Shown: positions 1 through 9,366 of the stretch, piece after piece
Layout: the number at the start of each line of letters is the position of its first letter
How positions within the stretch are numbered: the stretch's first letter is position 1
Origin: a virus
Taxonomy: Duplodnaviria > Caudoviricetes
Reading direction: 5' to 3' (one strand)
Length of the DNA: 64,000 nt
IMG/VR virus record: IMGVR_UViG_3300020577_011395
Span: 32,001-96,000 of that record
Made by a program: the position numbers and the translations under genes
The notes under the pieces: model-generated
The model's input: the letters and a program-made list of their open reading frames with translations, nothing else
The model's database searches: none
Told to the model about the DNA's origin: nothing

Positions 1-95
1 ATTGTTATTCTGGAAGTATCATGTGGTTAAGCAATCAAATATGTGTTAAAGACTATTGTTTTTTTTAAATCTCATGAAAACCTGTGGAACAAAAT

Positions 96-335
96 ATGCT
101 AAAATTGTCTGACGTGAATGTTGGTTCTATCATAGAGCTTGCAAATGGCCATCCAACCAATAAGATTGTCATCTTGCAAGAATTTAAAAGATCGGATATT
201 TCCAGACATATACCAGATAATGAAGTTAGATATCATACTATGGCATATTTTTGCAATCAGTCTTTAGTTTCAGATATATACATTTATTTTAACAGAGAAT
301 CGCTTGTTTCTTACACTTGGAATATTGTATGTTAA
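96..335 (+). CDS. hypothetical protein
   Basis: ORF track; ATG at 96; part of a run of overlapping small ORFs. Confidence 0.55.
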   Translation: MLKLSDVNVGSIIELANGHPTNKIVILQEFKRSDISRHIPDNEVRYHTMAYFCNQSLVSDIYIYFNRESLVSYTWNIVC

Positions 336-499
336 AATTTAAAAAAGGGGATCTTATTTGGATCTGTGATATAGACAAGATGGGAGTTGTTCTTGATGTC
401 CTGAAAGATTATTATAATGTTTATTGTTGTGACACGAACAGAACAGAATTAATTTATAAGATGCAAGCAGCGCAGGTACAAGAGGTTAAAAAAAAATGA
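329..499 (+). CDS. small hypothetical protein (KOW/SH3-like)
   Basis: FKKGDLIW..GVVLDV pattern; overlaps the next ORF. Confidence 0.55.
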   Translation: MLKFKKGDLIWICDIDKMGVVLDVLKDYYNVYCCDTNRTELIYKMQAAQVQEVKKK

Positions 500-735
500 A
501 TGATGCTACTGTTTTAAATGAAGAACAAAAAAGAATTTTAGAAGCCAACAAAGAACTTGTTTTTAGTTGTCTGCCAGGTTCTTTGTTCGAATATGGCACT
601 CATCGCTTTGTTCTTTTAAAAAAAGTGAAGCACAGCAGGTATATTGTTTTGTACAACTATACTGTCAATAAAAGAATAAAATTACAAAAACATCTCGCTT
701 GTTTATTGAAAGTTATTTGGGCTAAAGAAGAATAA
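496..735 (+). CDS. hypothetical protein
   Basis: ORF track; ATGA overlap with the upstream stop. Confidence 0.6.
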   Translation: MNDATVLNEEQKRILEANKELVFSCLPGSLFEYGTHRFVLLKKVKHSRYIVLYNYTVNKRIKLQKHLACLLKVIWAKEE

Positions 736-757
736 CGGGTTTGCTACTACTTATGTT

Positions 758-1279
758 ATGACCCAAAATATAGCATTTATTGAATTAGTTGAAAAAATAA
801 AACAAGAATTTCCTTCTTTTGAGATTATTCCAAAAGATACTTCCAAACATATGAAATTCTTATACAAGTTTGGTTTGATGAAATATTGGTGTCCAAAGTT
901 TATGGATACTTATACAACTCTTGCTCTCGGCAAGTGCTATATGCCTGAATACTTGATAGGTTCCTATCAAGGCTATAAAGTGCTTAGACACGAGCTTGTT
1001 CACCTTAGAGATCAAAAAAAATTTGGTTTGTTTTTCACAATTTCTTATGCAGCTCTTTTGCCGACTGTTCTGACGATGAGAGCATTCTGGGAGTTCAGGG
1101 CTTATTGTGAAACATTGGTTGTTTCACATGAATCACACGGATACGTTCCGAAAGAACATTTAGAGTCGTGTGTCCAGCAATTTACTGGATCTTCGTACCT
1201 CTTCATGTTTCCGTTTAGAAAAACAATTAGAAACAAATTTATTCAATTTATTGACAGAAATAATATGAAGTTGCGATAA
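758..1279 (+). CDS. HExxH zincin-like protein
   Basis: VLRHELVH motif and downstream WEFRAY; preceded by ACTACTTAT. Confidence 0.6.
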   Translation: MTQNIAFIELVEKIKQEFPSFEIIPKDTSKHMKFLYKFGLMKYWCPKFMDTYTTLALGKCYMPEYLIGSYQGYKVLRHELVHLRDQKKFGLFFTISYAALLPTVLTMRAFWEFRAYCETLVVSHESHGYVPKEHLESCVQQFTGSSYLFMFPFRKTIRNKFIQFIDRNNMKLR

Positions 1280-1285
1280 AAAAGC

Positions 1286-1314
1286 TTGACACACAGCTAT
1301 TGCTGTGCTATGCT
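1286..1314 (+). promoter_or_regulatory. sigma70-type promoter with palindromic spacer
   Basis: TTGACA-N17-TATGCT; the spacer contains CACAGC-TATT-GCTGTG. Confidence 0.65.
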
Positions 1315-1345
1315 TCTAAAATACCAGAAAGGTAAGATAAAATCA

Positions 1346-1867
1346 ATGAGAACCCTAATCCTAAATCAAAGCTATGAAGCAACTGGTACTATCGGCTGGC
1401 AGAAGGCTGTTGCATATGTATTTCTTAAGAAAGCAATAGTTCTAGAAGAATACGACCGTGAAATTCGTTCAATGCGCTTTTCTATGAAAGTGCCTTCTGT
1501 TATTGTTCTTAAGTCGCATAAAGTTCACAAGCCAAAAGCCGTTCGTTATTCTAGAAAAAATGTTTGGCTTCGCGATGAAGGCAAGTGCCAATATTGCAAC
1601 AAAGATGTTAAACTTGCTGACTTTACTATTGACCACGTTCACCCAAAAACAAACGGTGGCAAGACTATTTGGGAAAATGTTGTTACCTCATGTTATAAAT
1701 GTAATCAAACAAAGGCAGAAAAAACTGTTCATGAGGCTGGTTTGAAACTAAAAAAAGTTCCTAAAAAACCAGCTCATTTGCCTCTGATATCTGAGGTTTC
1801 TGGTTTTTATGATGAAAATTATACTCATCCAACTTGGAGCTTTTGGCTTGGCAGGAAAACACCTTAA
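1346..1867 (+). CDS. HNH endonuclease (McrA-like)
   Basis: TLILNQSYE N-terminus; RD..CQYC, TIDHVHP..GG...WENVVTSC..CN..K. Confidence 0.9.
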   Translation: MRTLILNQSYEATGTIGWQKAVAYVFLKKAIVLEEYDREIRSMRFSMKVPSVIVLKSHKVHKPKAVRYSRKNVWLRDEGKCQYCNKDVKLADFTIDHVHPKTNGGKTIWENVVTSCYKCNQTKAEKTVHEAGLKLKKVPKKPAHLPLISEVSGFYDENYTHPTWSFWLGRKTP

Positions 1868-2454
1868 TGAAGGCCCTAGTAATAGATACAGAAACAACGG
1901 GCTTAGATATAACAATTCATGAGATAATTGACATTGCTTTTATAGAAGCAACTCTCAACTTGGTTGGAGAATATAAAATAGTTGATCAATACTCTGTTAA
2001 AATTAAGCCTATGAACCTGCATTCTGCGGATAAATATGCATTAAAAATTAATGGCTATAATGACTATGATTGGAAAAACTCTCGCCCAATCACCGAGATT
2101 CTAGATATGCTCAAAGCAAAGATAGAGTCGGTAGAAGTTTTAGTCGGGCAGAATTTAATATTTGATATGAGATTTATTAAGCAATCTTTTATAAATCATG
2201 GTAAAATACCACCTATATTTCCAAAATATATTGATACAAAACGTATGGCAATGCCACTTGTTAAGAGTGGGGTTCTAAAGGCTTCAAATATGGATGTTCT
2301 TTGTGAGCACTATAAAATTTCTTATAGTGGTAAAGCACACACAGCTTTGGCAGATTGTGAGAGAACTTTAAAAGCTTGGAAGTGTCTATTAAACGATAGT
2401 GTAGAAATGCCGTTTTATACTTATGAGAAAAACTATGACCCATACAAAGCTTAA
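1867..2454 (+). CDS. DEDDh 3'-5' exonuclease (DnaQ/RNase T family)
   Basis: IDTETTGL, GQNLIFD, IDT, HTALAD motifs. Confidence 0.9.
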   Translation: MKALVIDTETTGLDITIHEIIDIAFIEATLNLVGEYKIVDQYSVKIKPMNLHSADKYALKINGYNDYDWKNSRPITEILDMLKAKIESVEVLVGQNLIFDMRFIKQSFINHGKIPPIFPKYIDTKRMAMPLVKSGVLKASNMDVLCEHYKISYSGKAHTALADCERTLKAWKCLLNDSVEMPFYTYEKNYDPYKA

Positions 2455-2617
2455 TAAAAAAGCATTAGACATTATTGTTAAAACATTTAATTCTATTCAA
2501 GATTCTCGCAAAAGAGATTTAATTGCAGAAGTAATGATGTCCTATCCAGAAAATTTCTTAGAATTTATTGAAAACGTTGACAAACAAGCTTATGAAAAAA
2601 TAATGGCAAAAGCCTAG
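2423..2617 (+). CDS. hypothetical protein
   Basis: ORF track; true start may be the second Met. Confidence 0.55.
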   Translation: MRKTMTHTKLNKKALDIIVKTFNSIQDSRKRDLIAEVMMSYPENFLEFIENVDKQAYEKIMAKA

Positions 2618-2664
2618 AATATTAACTATCTATAATATAAGCATTTTTCAGGAGGGATTTTATT

Positions 2665-2802
2665 ATGAAAAAAACAGAAAACGCCCTACAGCAAATTCAG
2701 CTAGAAATGCCAGATTACTCAAGAGAATACTACGAATACAAAAAAAAGTTAGAGAAACAGGCCTCTAAGGAACAACAAAGGGTTATTATTATAGATATTT
2801 GA
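2665..2802 (+). CDS. small protein, 45 aa (not in ORF track)
   Basis: GGAGG RBS then ATG; MKKTENALQQIQLEMPDYS...QQRVIIIDI*. Confidence 0.6.
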   Translation: MKKTENALQQIQLEMPDYSREYYEYKKKLEKQASKEQQRVIIIDI

Positions 2803-2830
2803 AGTTCATAAAATACATTTAATTTTTTAG

Positions 2831-2866
2831 AAACTACTTATGTCAATAGCATAAGTAGTTTTTTTA
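2831..2866 (+). terminator. intrinsic terminator-like hairpin
   Basis: AAACTACTTATG-N7-CATAAGTAGTTT followed by a T-run; also contains the ACTACTTAT motif. Confidence 0.6.
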
Positions 2867-2876
2867 TTCCTAAAAA

Positions 2877-3455
2877 ATGATACTCCTAGAAAATATTGGT
2901 CCTGATGACCTTAAAAAATATATTAAAGAGTTCTATAATTATGCAAAGAAACATTTGCAGTTAGAAGAAATGCCAAAAGTTGTCTTGAAGAAAGACAGTA
3001 AAAACGCAGAAGATATGTTTGGCAAAACTGGTTTTTATGAACCAAAAAGCAAAACAATAGCTCTGTTTACTGTTAATAGACATCCAAAAGATATTTTAAG
3101 GTCTTTTGCTCATGAACTAATACACCATAAACAAAATTGTGGTGGTTTATTTAATGAAATGGATATGTCAAGAACATCTGATATAGCTTATGCAAAAAAC
3201 GATAAAGACCTCAAAAAAATGGAAGAACAAGCATTTTTAGAAGGCAATATGATGTTTCGTAACTGGTGTGATGAAAATAAAATAAAAAGGACACAAATCA
3301 TGAGTGAATCTAAGAAAAATGAAGAGGTTGTACAGGGTGCAGAGAAGATCCCGCATCCAGAACTCTTCCAGAAAAAAGAGAGAATTTTTAAAGAAAGATT
3401 CCAAAGCCACGAAGAGGTTCTATATCAGGAACTTCTTAAGCGTGCGATAAAATAA
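2877..3455 (+). CDS. HExxH metallopeptidase-like phage protein
   Basis: DILRSFAHELIHHKQ; MILLE N-terminus. Confidence 0.7.
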   Translation: MILLENIGPDDLKKYIKEFYNYAKKHLQLEEMPKVVLKKDSKNAEDMFGKTGFYEPKSKTIALFTVNRHPKDILRSFAHELIHHKQNCGGLFNEMDMSRTSDIAYAKNDKDLKKMEEQAFLEGNMMFRNWCDENKIKRTQIMSESKKNEEVVQGAEKIPHPELFQKKERIFKERFQSHEEVLYQELLKRAIK

Positions 3456-3604
3456 TGGCTAGAGAGTTTATCATAACTAATATTAGTTCTTCAAATGTGC
3501 AGCATACTAGCACTGCTCCGTATGTGCCTTTTGTTTTGTCTATTCCTGGGCCTTTGTCCATAAGAAATAGAATCTCGCCATATACTTTGAATATTGGAAA
3601 ATAA
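3455..3604 (+). CDS. small protein, 49 aa (not in ORF track)
   Basis: TAATG coupling to the upstream stop; fills the gap before 3608. Confidence 0.55.
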   Translation: MAREFIITNISSSNVQHTSTAPYVPFVLSIPGPLSIRNRISPYTLNIGK

Positions 3605-3607
3605 TAA

Positions 3608-4357
3608 ATGAAAATGCCAATTAAAGAGACAATCTGTATATACCCAGGACGTTTTCAACCAATGGGCTTACATCACGTAAATATTTTTAAAAGCTTACAG
3701 GAAAAGTATGGTGAAGATAACGTGTATGTTACAACCACCAATGAAGTACAACTACCAAATTCTCCTTTAAATATAAACGAAAAAAAGCTTATAATGTCAA
3801 TGCACGACATACCAAGAAAAAATATTGTTGAAGCACAAAATTTGTTTTCTTTCAACGAAGTGTTAAATGGAAGGAATTTAGAAGAAACAGCAGTTATTTT
3901 TGCAGCTGGTAAAAAGACGTTAAAAGAAAATAAAAAGTGGATCAAAGAAAATAGTACAAAATTCAAGAAGATTTCAGAAGGCAAAAAACACAAATTAAAG
4001 CCCATTTGTGAAACTGCGTATATATTTGAATTAAAACAAAGTAAAACAAAAATACAAGAAACTGGCTTAATTATTAATGGTGGTACAGATATCAGAGAAG
4101 CTCTAGCTAGTGGTGATGAAAAGTCTTTTAGATCTATTATGGGTTTTCATAATGATATGATTAGAGAATTGCTAGCTAAAAAATTTGCAGGCGCTAAGTC
4201 ATTTAATAGAAAAGAAGATGAAAAGTTAGAAGAAAATAAAATTTCTAATATCATTAAAGAAACAGTAAATGAGCTTTCACTTGTGCAGAATAATAAATAT
4301 TTTTTGTTATCTGAGCAAGAAATAAAGTATTTTAAAAACAAAGAAGAGGATAAATAA
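3608..4357 (+). CDS. cytidylyltransferase-like (HxGH superfamily) protein
   Basis: IYPGRFQPMGLHH, SPL...EK, GTDIREAL; HxGH motif is degenerate. Confidence 0.7.
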   Translation: MKMPIKETICIYPGRFQPMGLHHVNIFKSLQEKYGEDNVYVTTTNEVQLPNSPLNINEKKLIMSMHDIPRKNIVEAQNLFSFNEVLNGRNLEETAVIFAAGKKTLKENKKWIKENSTKFKKISEGKKHKLKPICETAYIFELKQSKTKIQETGLIINGGTDIREALASGDEKSFRSIMGFHNDMIRELLAKKFAGAKSFNRKEDEKLEENKISNIIKETVNELSLVQNNKYFLLSEQEIKYFKNKEEDK

Positions 4358-5244
4358 TGTCTGAATTAAATAAATTGAAAGAACATATTCGTGGAATTCT
4401 ATTAGAGAATAAGAAAGCTCAAAAAAGAGAATTTATCGAACAAACAATAAATGAATATAAACTTAGAAAAACTATAAGAAAAATGCTTAAAGAAGCAGAA
4501 GATATCGTTACTCACGAATCAACTGGTATCAACGTTCTTGCTGACTTGCTTGAAACCATCGTACCGATTCTTAAGTCGTTCTATAAAAAACTTGGAACAG
4601 ACATCCAACAGAGAAAGTCTTTCCGCGCTCATATTATTAAAAGCGTTCAAAACATGTTGGCTCCTATTTCTGTTATGTTTAGAGCTGGTGGACAATCTGG
4701 TGCGCCACCTGTACAAAAACCAGAAGTACCTCAAAATGAACTTGTTGAGTCAGTTTCTGAGGAAGTTAAAATTAACGTTCCAAAAAATGACGTTGACCCA
4801 AATTCACCAGACGCAGATCCAGCCTACATTCCTTTAAAGGCCGACAGAAAGGAAATGGGCAAGCAACAGGAAGAAAAACCACAAGATCCAAAGGCTGACG
4901 ACTATTTCGTTGAAGTTGAAGGTGAAGATGAAACCGGTAGAAATATTGCTCTACAGGCATTTAAACGCGTAGAAAAGCAAACCCGTGAAGCATTTAGCAT
5001 TCTAGCAAATGAAGATGATAGAAACTTATTTTATGATTACCTTATTACAAATCTCAAATTATATTTTGACAAGTTTGAAGACGAACTTCAAACCATGGTT
5101 CCAGAACCAACCACTCAAGAGTATGAGGCTGAAAAGGGTCGTAAAGACGCTGCATTAACTGCTGGAACTCCGACTCAGCAACCCGGAAGTCAGCAACCAG
5201 CAAGCCTAGGTAATGTGCCTTCGGCGGCTGGTACACCGAAATAA
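4357..5244 (+). CDS. hypothetical phage protein, possibly head-internal
   Basis: 295 aa; repeated IRxIL/LxE segments at the N-terminus; low-complexity linkers. Confidence 0.6.
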   Translation: MSELNKLKEHIRGILLENKKAQKREFIEQTINEYKLRKTIRKMLKEAEDIVTHESTGINVLADLLETIVPILKSFYKKLGTDIQQRKSFRAHIIKSVQNMLAPISVMFRAGGQSGAPPVQKPEVPQNELVESVSEEVKINVPKNDVDPNSPDADPAYIPLKADRKEMGKQQEEKPQDPKADDYFVEVEGEDETGRNIALQAFKRVEKQTREAFSILANEDDRNLFYDYLITNLKLYFDKFEDELQTMVPEPTTQEYEAEKGRKDAALTAGTPTQQPGSQQPASLGNVPSAAGTPK

Positions 5245-5334
5245 TGGATAGTAGAAGTAGGGTCATGGACCAGAGCAGACTAACCTAGAACCAATAAGTG
5301 TTAAAGTTTTCAATTAAAACAAAGGAAAAATAAG

Positions 5335-5628
5335 ATGAATGCACACAGAAGAAAAAAAACAGCTAGAATAGAACGCAGCAAAGAATTAAGTTTGGTAGAA
5401 AAAGTCATAGAAATTACCAAGGAAGATCTTAAAAAACTTGCCGTTGCAGAGACTTTCGAGGAGAAACAAGAAGTAGTTAAAGAAGTACTACCAGTACAAG
5501 AACAAGTACTAGAACAAGTTGAAGAAGTTGTTCAGCCAGTTGAAGAAACTAAAGTAGAATTTTCAGAAGCAGCAGAAGAAACTACTGTAAAAAATAAGCC
5601 AGGCCGCAAGAAAAAAGTAGAAGTTTAA
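5335..5628 (+). CDS. acidic low-complexity protein
   Basis: E/V-rich middle, basic ends; AAGGA RBS. Confidence 0.65.
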   Translation: MNAHRRKKTARIERSKELSLVEKVIEITKEDLKKLAVAETFEEKQEVVKEVLPVQEQVLEQVEEVVQPVEETKVEFSEAAEETTVKNKPGRKKKVEV

Positions 5629-5658
5629 CAAAAATAAACACACTGTTATACTGTCCCC

Positions 5659-5943
5659 ATGGACAAAAAAACTTTTAAACAAATAGGGACAGAAATAGGT
5701 ACTTTGGTAGAAGAAAAAAATTCTGCATATGGTAGTTCGTTTGCTGAGTCTTATAAGATACTTAATACTTTATATCCTAATGGTATAAAGCCAGAACAAT
5801 ATACTGATGCTCTTGCAATAATAAGAGTCATTGACAAATTATTTAGAATAGCAAATAAAAAAGATGCCTTTGGGGAATCCCCTTGGAAAGATATTGCTGG
5901 ATATGCAATTTTAGGAATCAGCAACGATGAATCAAAAAAGTAG
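5659..5943 (+). CDS. DUF1599-like nucleotide-modification-associated protein
   Basis: KNSAYGSSF, IRVIDKLFRI, DIAGYAIL motifs. Confidence 0.7.
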   Translation: MDKKTFKQIGTEIGTLVEEKNSAYGSSFAESYKILNTLYPNGIKPEQYTDALAIIRVIDKLFRIANKKDAFGESPWKDIAGYAILGISNDESKK

Positions 5944-6268
5944 AGAACTATATTCTGTTTCTAAAGAGCTAAAAAAAGAACATAAAAGCAACGATCTATT
6001 TGAAATTATGTTGTCTAGGTTACCGTTAGAAGACCTTATTGCTCTTAAATTGGAAGTTGCATTTAAGTCTATGGGAACTCCAGTATATGGAATCCCTATT
6101 TTTAAAGCTACTTCTAGAGCGGTTAAAGAAGCAACATTAAAATACGCAATTTCAGCCACTGATTCTAAAAGACAGGCAGCAATGTTGTTGGGATTAAATT
6201 ATTTAAGTTTTATTAAACAGTTAAAAAAGTACAATTTATTGGAGTATTATAATAAAAATGATAACTGA
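5927..6268 (+). CDS. Fis-like HTH protein
   Basis: C-terminal KRQAAMLLGLNYLSFIKQLKKY. Confidence 0.55.
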   Translation: MNQKSRELYSVSKELKKEHKSNDLFEIMLSRLPLEDLIALKLEVAFKSMGTPVYGIPIFKATSRAVKEATLKYAISATDSKRQAAMLLGLNYLSFIKQLKKYNLLEYYNKNDN

Positions 6269-6833
6269 TATTATGCTAAAAAGTATTATGCCATCAGCAC
6301 CGATTGCTAATATTTCTATGTATTCTGAGGCTTTTTCAAAAATATTGCCAAAGTATAAAATTGATACACCAAAGAGAATTGCTGCTTTTTTAGGGCAGAT
6401 AGCAGTTGAAAGTGGCCAATTAAAATTTACTAAAGAACTACCCAGCAAGTGGAACAAAAAGAACCCGAAAGATCCAAAAGAGCCTGTTGGATCACTTTAT
6501 GAAGGAAGAAAATTACTTGGAAATAACCAACCAGGTGACGGACCAAAATTTATTGGTCGTGGAATTCTTCAATTGACAGGACGAAATAATTATGATAGTT
6601 TTGGTAAAAAGGTTGGTGAGGATCTAATTAGTAAACCAGAACTTGCGTGTGACCCAATTATTGCTACTAAAATAGCTTGTCAATATTTTGTTGATAAAGG
6701 TTTATTGGAACTAGCAGATGTTTGGAATTTAGACGAAATAACAAGAAAAGTTAATGGTAACGCAAAGCTACACCTAATAGAAAGAATCGCTTTCTCCGAA
6801 CGAGCACTAAGGATTTTAAATGCAAAAGTCTAG
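6258..6833 (+). CDS. glycoside hydrolase family 19 endolysin
   Basis: RIAAFLGQIAVESG, GDGPKFIGRGILQLTGRNNY, ITRKVNG. Confidence 0.92.
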   Translation: MITDIMLKSIMPSAPIANISMYSEAFSKILPKYKIDTPKRIAAFLGQIAVESGQLKFTKELPSKWNKKNPKDPKEPVGSLYEGRKLLGNNQPGDGPKFIGRGILQLTGRNNYDSFGKKVGEDLISKPELACDPIIATKIACQYFVDKGLLELADVWNLDEITRKVNGNAKLHLIERIAFSERALRILNAKV

Positions 6834-7005
6834 ACACCCAGCGCATGAACACAAAGATAGCATCTCATACAATTCGTTGTATGACGCCTTTGCCTGTGTT
6901 CAGTGTAATTCATGGCTTGAGCCAAAATGCGATGATAATAAGTGCGTCTTTTGCGCGCTCCGACCAGAAAGTCCGATAAAACAAAAAGAACTGCCCAGAA
7001 GCTAA
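6820..7005 (+). CDS. small Cys-rich protein
   Basis: YDA..C..CN.WLE..C....C.FC..RP..P. Confidence 0.6.
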   Translation: MQKSRHPAHEHKDSISYNSLYDAFACVQCNSWLEPKCDDNKCVFCALRPESPIKQKELPRS

Positions 7006-7046
7006 CACCCAAATAATAGCATCTGGATTCTACGAAGGAGGCTAAA

Positions 7047-7292
7047 ATGGAAGAACAAAAAGTAAAGCACTGGACAAATGAAGGGTACTTCCCAACATTT
7101 GAAGAAGCAGACAAAGTAAGAAACTCACTCAAAAATAACGATACAAGCGGATTCCTACAGGTTAAAGTTAAAACCTGTGGTGGGGAACGACGTCTTTATG
7201 TTGTCAAGTCTAGAGTCGATGAGTCTCTTGTAAATAAATTAAATGAAGTTGAAAACGATCTGAAGAAAGTTAAAGAAAGAAAGAAAAAATAA
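7047..7292 (+). CDS. hypothetical protein
   Basis: GGAGG RBS; ORF track. Confidence 0.7.
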   Translation: MEEQKVKHWTNEGYFPTFEEADKVRNSLKNNDTSGFLQVKVKTCGGERRLYVVKSRVDESLVNKLNEVENDLKKVKERKKK

Positions 7293-7303
7293 GAGGGCTT
7301 CCT

Positions 7304-7900
7304 ATGAAACAAAATTGGATGTCAGCTACAAAGCCCACAGCTGAAGAAGAAATAGAAGATCTAAATGATGTAGAAGAAATAGATAATTCTATCTTTTTTT
7401 ATACTGAAGTGACAAAAAAATCAGTTTATGAACTCAATAAAAAACTGAAAAAGATATCTGACAATTTAATAAATATTTCTAATACTCTTGGAATACCGCC
7501 TCCAAGTATAAAGATTCACATAAATAGTCCTGGTGGTAGTTTACTAGATTGCTTTGCTGCTGTAGACGCAATAAGAAAATGTAAAGTTCCAGTTCACACT
7601 ATTATAGAAGGCAGCGCAGCAAGTGCTGCAACGTTAATGTCTGTTGTTGCAAAAGAACGATCAATAAATAAACACGCATTTATGCTGATACATCAGCTAT
7701 CAGGTGGTATGTGGGGTAAGTTTGAAGAGATGAAAGATGAGTTTCAAAACTCAAAAATATTTATGGATACATTAATACGAATTTATTCAGAGAACACAAA
7801 AATACCAAAAGTAATATTAAAAGAAATACTAAAAAAAGATTTATATTGGGACGCAAAAACCTGCCTAAAATACGGGCTGGTTGACAAGATCGACGGGTGA
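7304..7900 (+). CDS. clpP: ClpP-family protease
   Basis: IHINSPGGS, GSAASAATL (Ser nucleophile), MLIHQ, YGLVDKI. Confidence 0.88.
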   Translation: MKQNWMSATKPTAEEEIEDLNDVEEIDNSIFFYTEVTKKSVYELNKKLKKISDNLINISNTLGIPPPSIKIHINSPGGSLLDCFAAVDAIRKCKVPVHTIIEGSAASAATLMSVVAKERSINKHAFMLIHQLSGGMWGKFEEMKDEFQNSKIFMDTLIRIYSENTKIPKVILKEILKKDLYWDAKTCLKYGLVDKIDG

Positions 7901-7909
7901 GTGTAGAGT
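7881..7909 (+). promoter_or_regulatory. sigma70-type promoter (tandem, upstream of tRNA array)
   Basis: TTGACA-N17-TAGAGT. Confidence 0.7.
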
Positions 7910-7953
7910 GTTATCCTCGCTGAACGCTCCCGAGACGAAAAAAAAATAAAACA

Positions 7954-7998
7954 GCCCCTTGACAGACGGACGGGGCCATGCTAGAGTAGGTTCATAAG
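7954..7998 (+). promoter_or_regulatory. sigma70-type promoter, repeated element copy 1
   Basis: TTGACA-N17-TAGAGT with extended TG and A-tract upstream; 35 bp identical to 10033-10067. Confidence 0.85.
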
Positions 7999-8027
7999 CT
8001 AGCGCAACAGGTTAAAATAAAACATAA

Positions 8028-8102
8028 GCGGGCATGATGTAATTGGCAACATTCCAGACTTCCAATCTGGCCTTACCAGATCATTGCTGGTTGTCCGCTC
8101 CA
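8028..8102 (+). tRNA. tRNA-Gly(TCC), atypical T-loop
   Basis: cloverleaf; CCAGA-CTTCCAA-TCTGG; T-loop ATCATTG; CCA end. Confidence 0.85.
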
Positions 8103-8125
8103 CCTTCAAAAGAAAAGAGATAAAA

Positions 8126-8548
8126 ATGACTGTAAAAAAGAATACTAAACCTAAAGTTGTAATTCCAAAGATTAGTCAAGGCGATATGGTATATTTTGCT
8201 GAGAATTCTCATAGTCTTCAAACAGGTATGAAGCCAAACCACCTGTATGAAGTTGCTGGGGTAGACAAAGATGCTCGCACTGTTTTTATTGACCTAGACG
8301 GGAATAATAAACTAGCTCAAGTAGATATTATGGATTGTTTAGTACAAGATGTAGATAAAGACTTTGACCGTGGATACAAGCTTGGAAAAAAAATCGCTGA
8401 TCGCATGAAATGCGTTCTTCGAGAAGAATTAAAAAATGAAGCTGTTTATGGAGAAAATTTCTTACACGGATTCCAAGAATATGTAAATTATAATTCTGAG
8501 TTCGAAGATATTATAGAGAATAATCAAAAATTAGTTGAATACTGGTAA
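8126..8548 (+). CDS. hypothetical protein
   Basis: ATG at 8126, downstream of the tRNA. Confidence 0.7.
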   Translation: MTVKKNTKPKVVIPKISQGDMVYFAENSHSLQTGMKPNHLYEVAGVDKDARTVFIDLDGNNKLAQVDIMDCLVQDVDKDFDRGYKLGKKIADRMKCVLREELKNEAVYGENFLHGFQEYVNYNSEFEDIIENNQKLVEYW

Positions 8549-8562
8549 TATAAAGTAATTAT

Positions 8563-8639
8563 CCGGGTGTAGCTCAGTCGCGAAGAGCATCTGATTTGGG
8601 ATCAGAAGGCCGCAGGTTCGATTCCTGTCACCCGGACCA
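8563..8639 (+). tRNA. tRNA-Pro(TGG)
   Basis: cloverleaf; TTTGGGA loop; CCA end. Confidence 0.93.
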
Positions 8640-8658
8640 ACCTTCTGAGAAGGTATTA

Positions 8659-9279
8659 ATGAAGTTAAGCGAAATCTCGATAGAAGAACTTTCTAAAATT
8701 ACTAAAGAAAGTTCTTCGTATGCTGAAGTCTTCCGACGTTTGGGAAGAAAGACCCATAGTGGCATGGGCCTAAAATATTTAAAGATAAAGTTAGAAGAAA
8801 ATAATATAGATGTTGGACATTTTAAAAGAGTTATAAAGCCAAATTCTATACCTAGATTAACAGCAGAAACAATTTTTCAAGATAACTATAAAATAAGATG
8901 TACCGCAAAAAAATTAAGAAAAACTCTTTTAAGTGTTGGCGTTGAACATAAATGTGCTGTATGTTCATTAACAACTTGGCAAAATAATAAAATTGTTTTA
9001 GAAATAGATCATATAGATGGCAATCCGCTAAACAACAAGATAGAAAATTTAAGATTTATATGTCCCAACTGCCACTCGCAAACGAATAATTATGGTTCTA
9101 AAAATATGAAAAAACAAACCAAGAAAGTTTATATAAAGCGCCAACGAAAAACAAAAATAAATTGGCCTTCAAAAGAAAAGCTACAAGAACTTCTAGACAA
9201 GAATTCTTTTGAAGAAGCTGCAAGATTTCTTGGTGTATCATCAAATGCAATTAGAAAAAGACTAAAAAAGGAGTATTAG
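8659..9279 (+). CDS. HNH homing endonuclease with HTH domain
   Basis: C..C, LEIDHIDG...NN..ENLRFICPNCHSQT; C-terminal AARFLGVSSNAIRKRL; stop lies inside tRNA-Asp. Confidence 0.92.
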   Translation: MKLSEISIEELSKITKESSSYAEVFRRLGRKTHSGMGLKYLKIKLEENNIDVGHFKRVIKPNSIPRLTAETIFQDNYKIRCTAKKLRKTLLSVGVEHKCAVCSLTTWQNNKIVLEIDHIDGNPLNNKIENLRFICPNCHSQTNNYGSKNMKKQTKKVYIKRQRKTKINWPSKEKLQELLDKNSFEEAARFLGVSSNAIRKRLKKEY

Positions 9280-9343
9280 GTTAATGGTAAACCGGGGAGC
9301 TGTCGACTCTCAAAAAAGGGTTCAATTCCCTTATACTCCGCCA
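9270..9343 (+). tRNA. tRNA-Asp(GTC)
   Basis: GGAGTAT/ATACTCC acceptor stem; CTGTCGA loop; GCCA end. Confidence 0.92.
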
Positions 9344-9366
9344 TTTTCTTTAAAAGGATTTATAAA

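Noticed and set aside
5245-5334. GC-richer intergenic stretch with short GGTC/GACC and TAGG/CCTA pairings
   Set aside because: Helices too short to separate from chance without homologues
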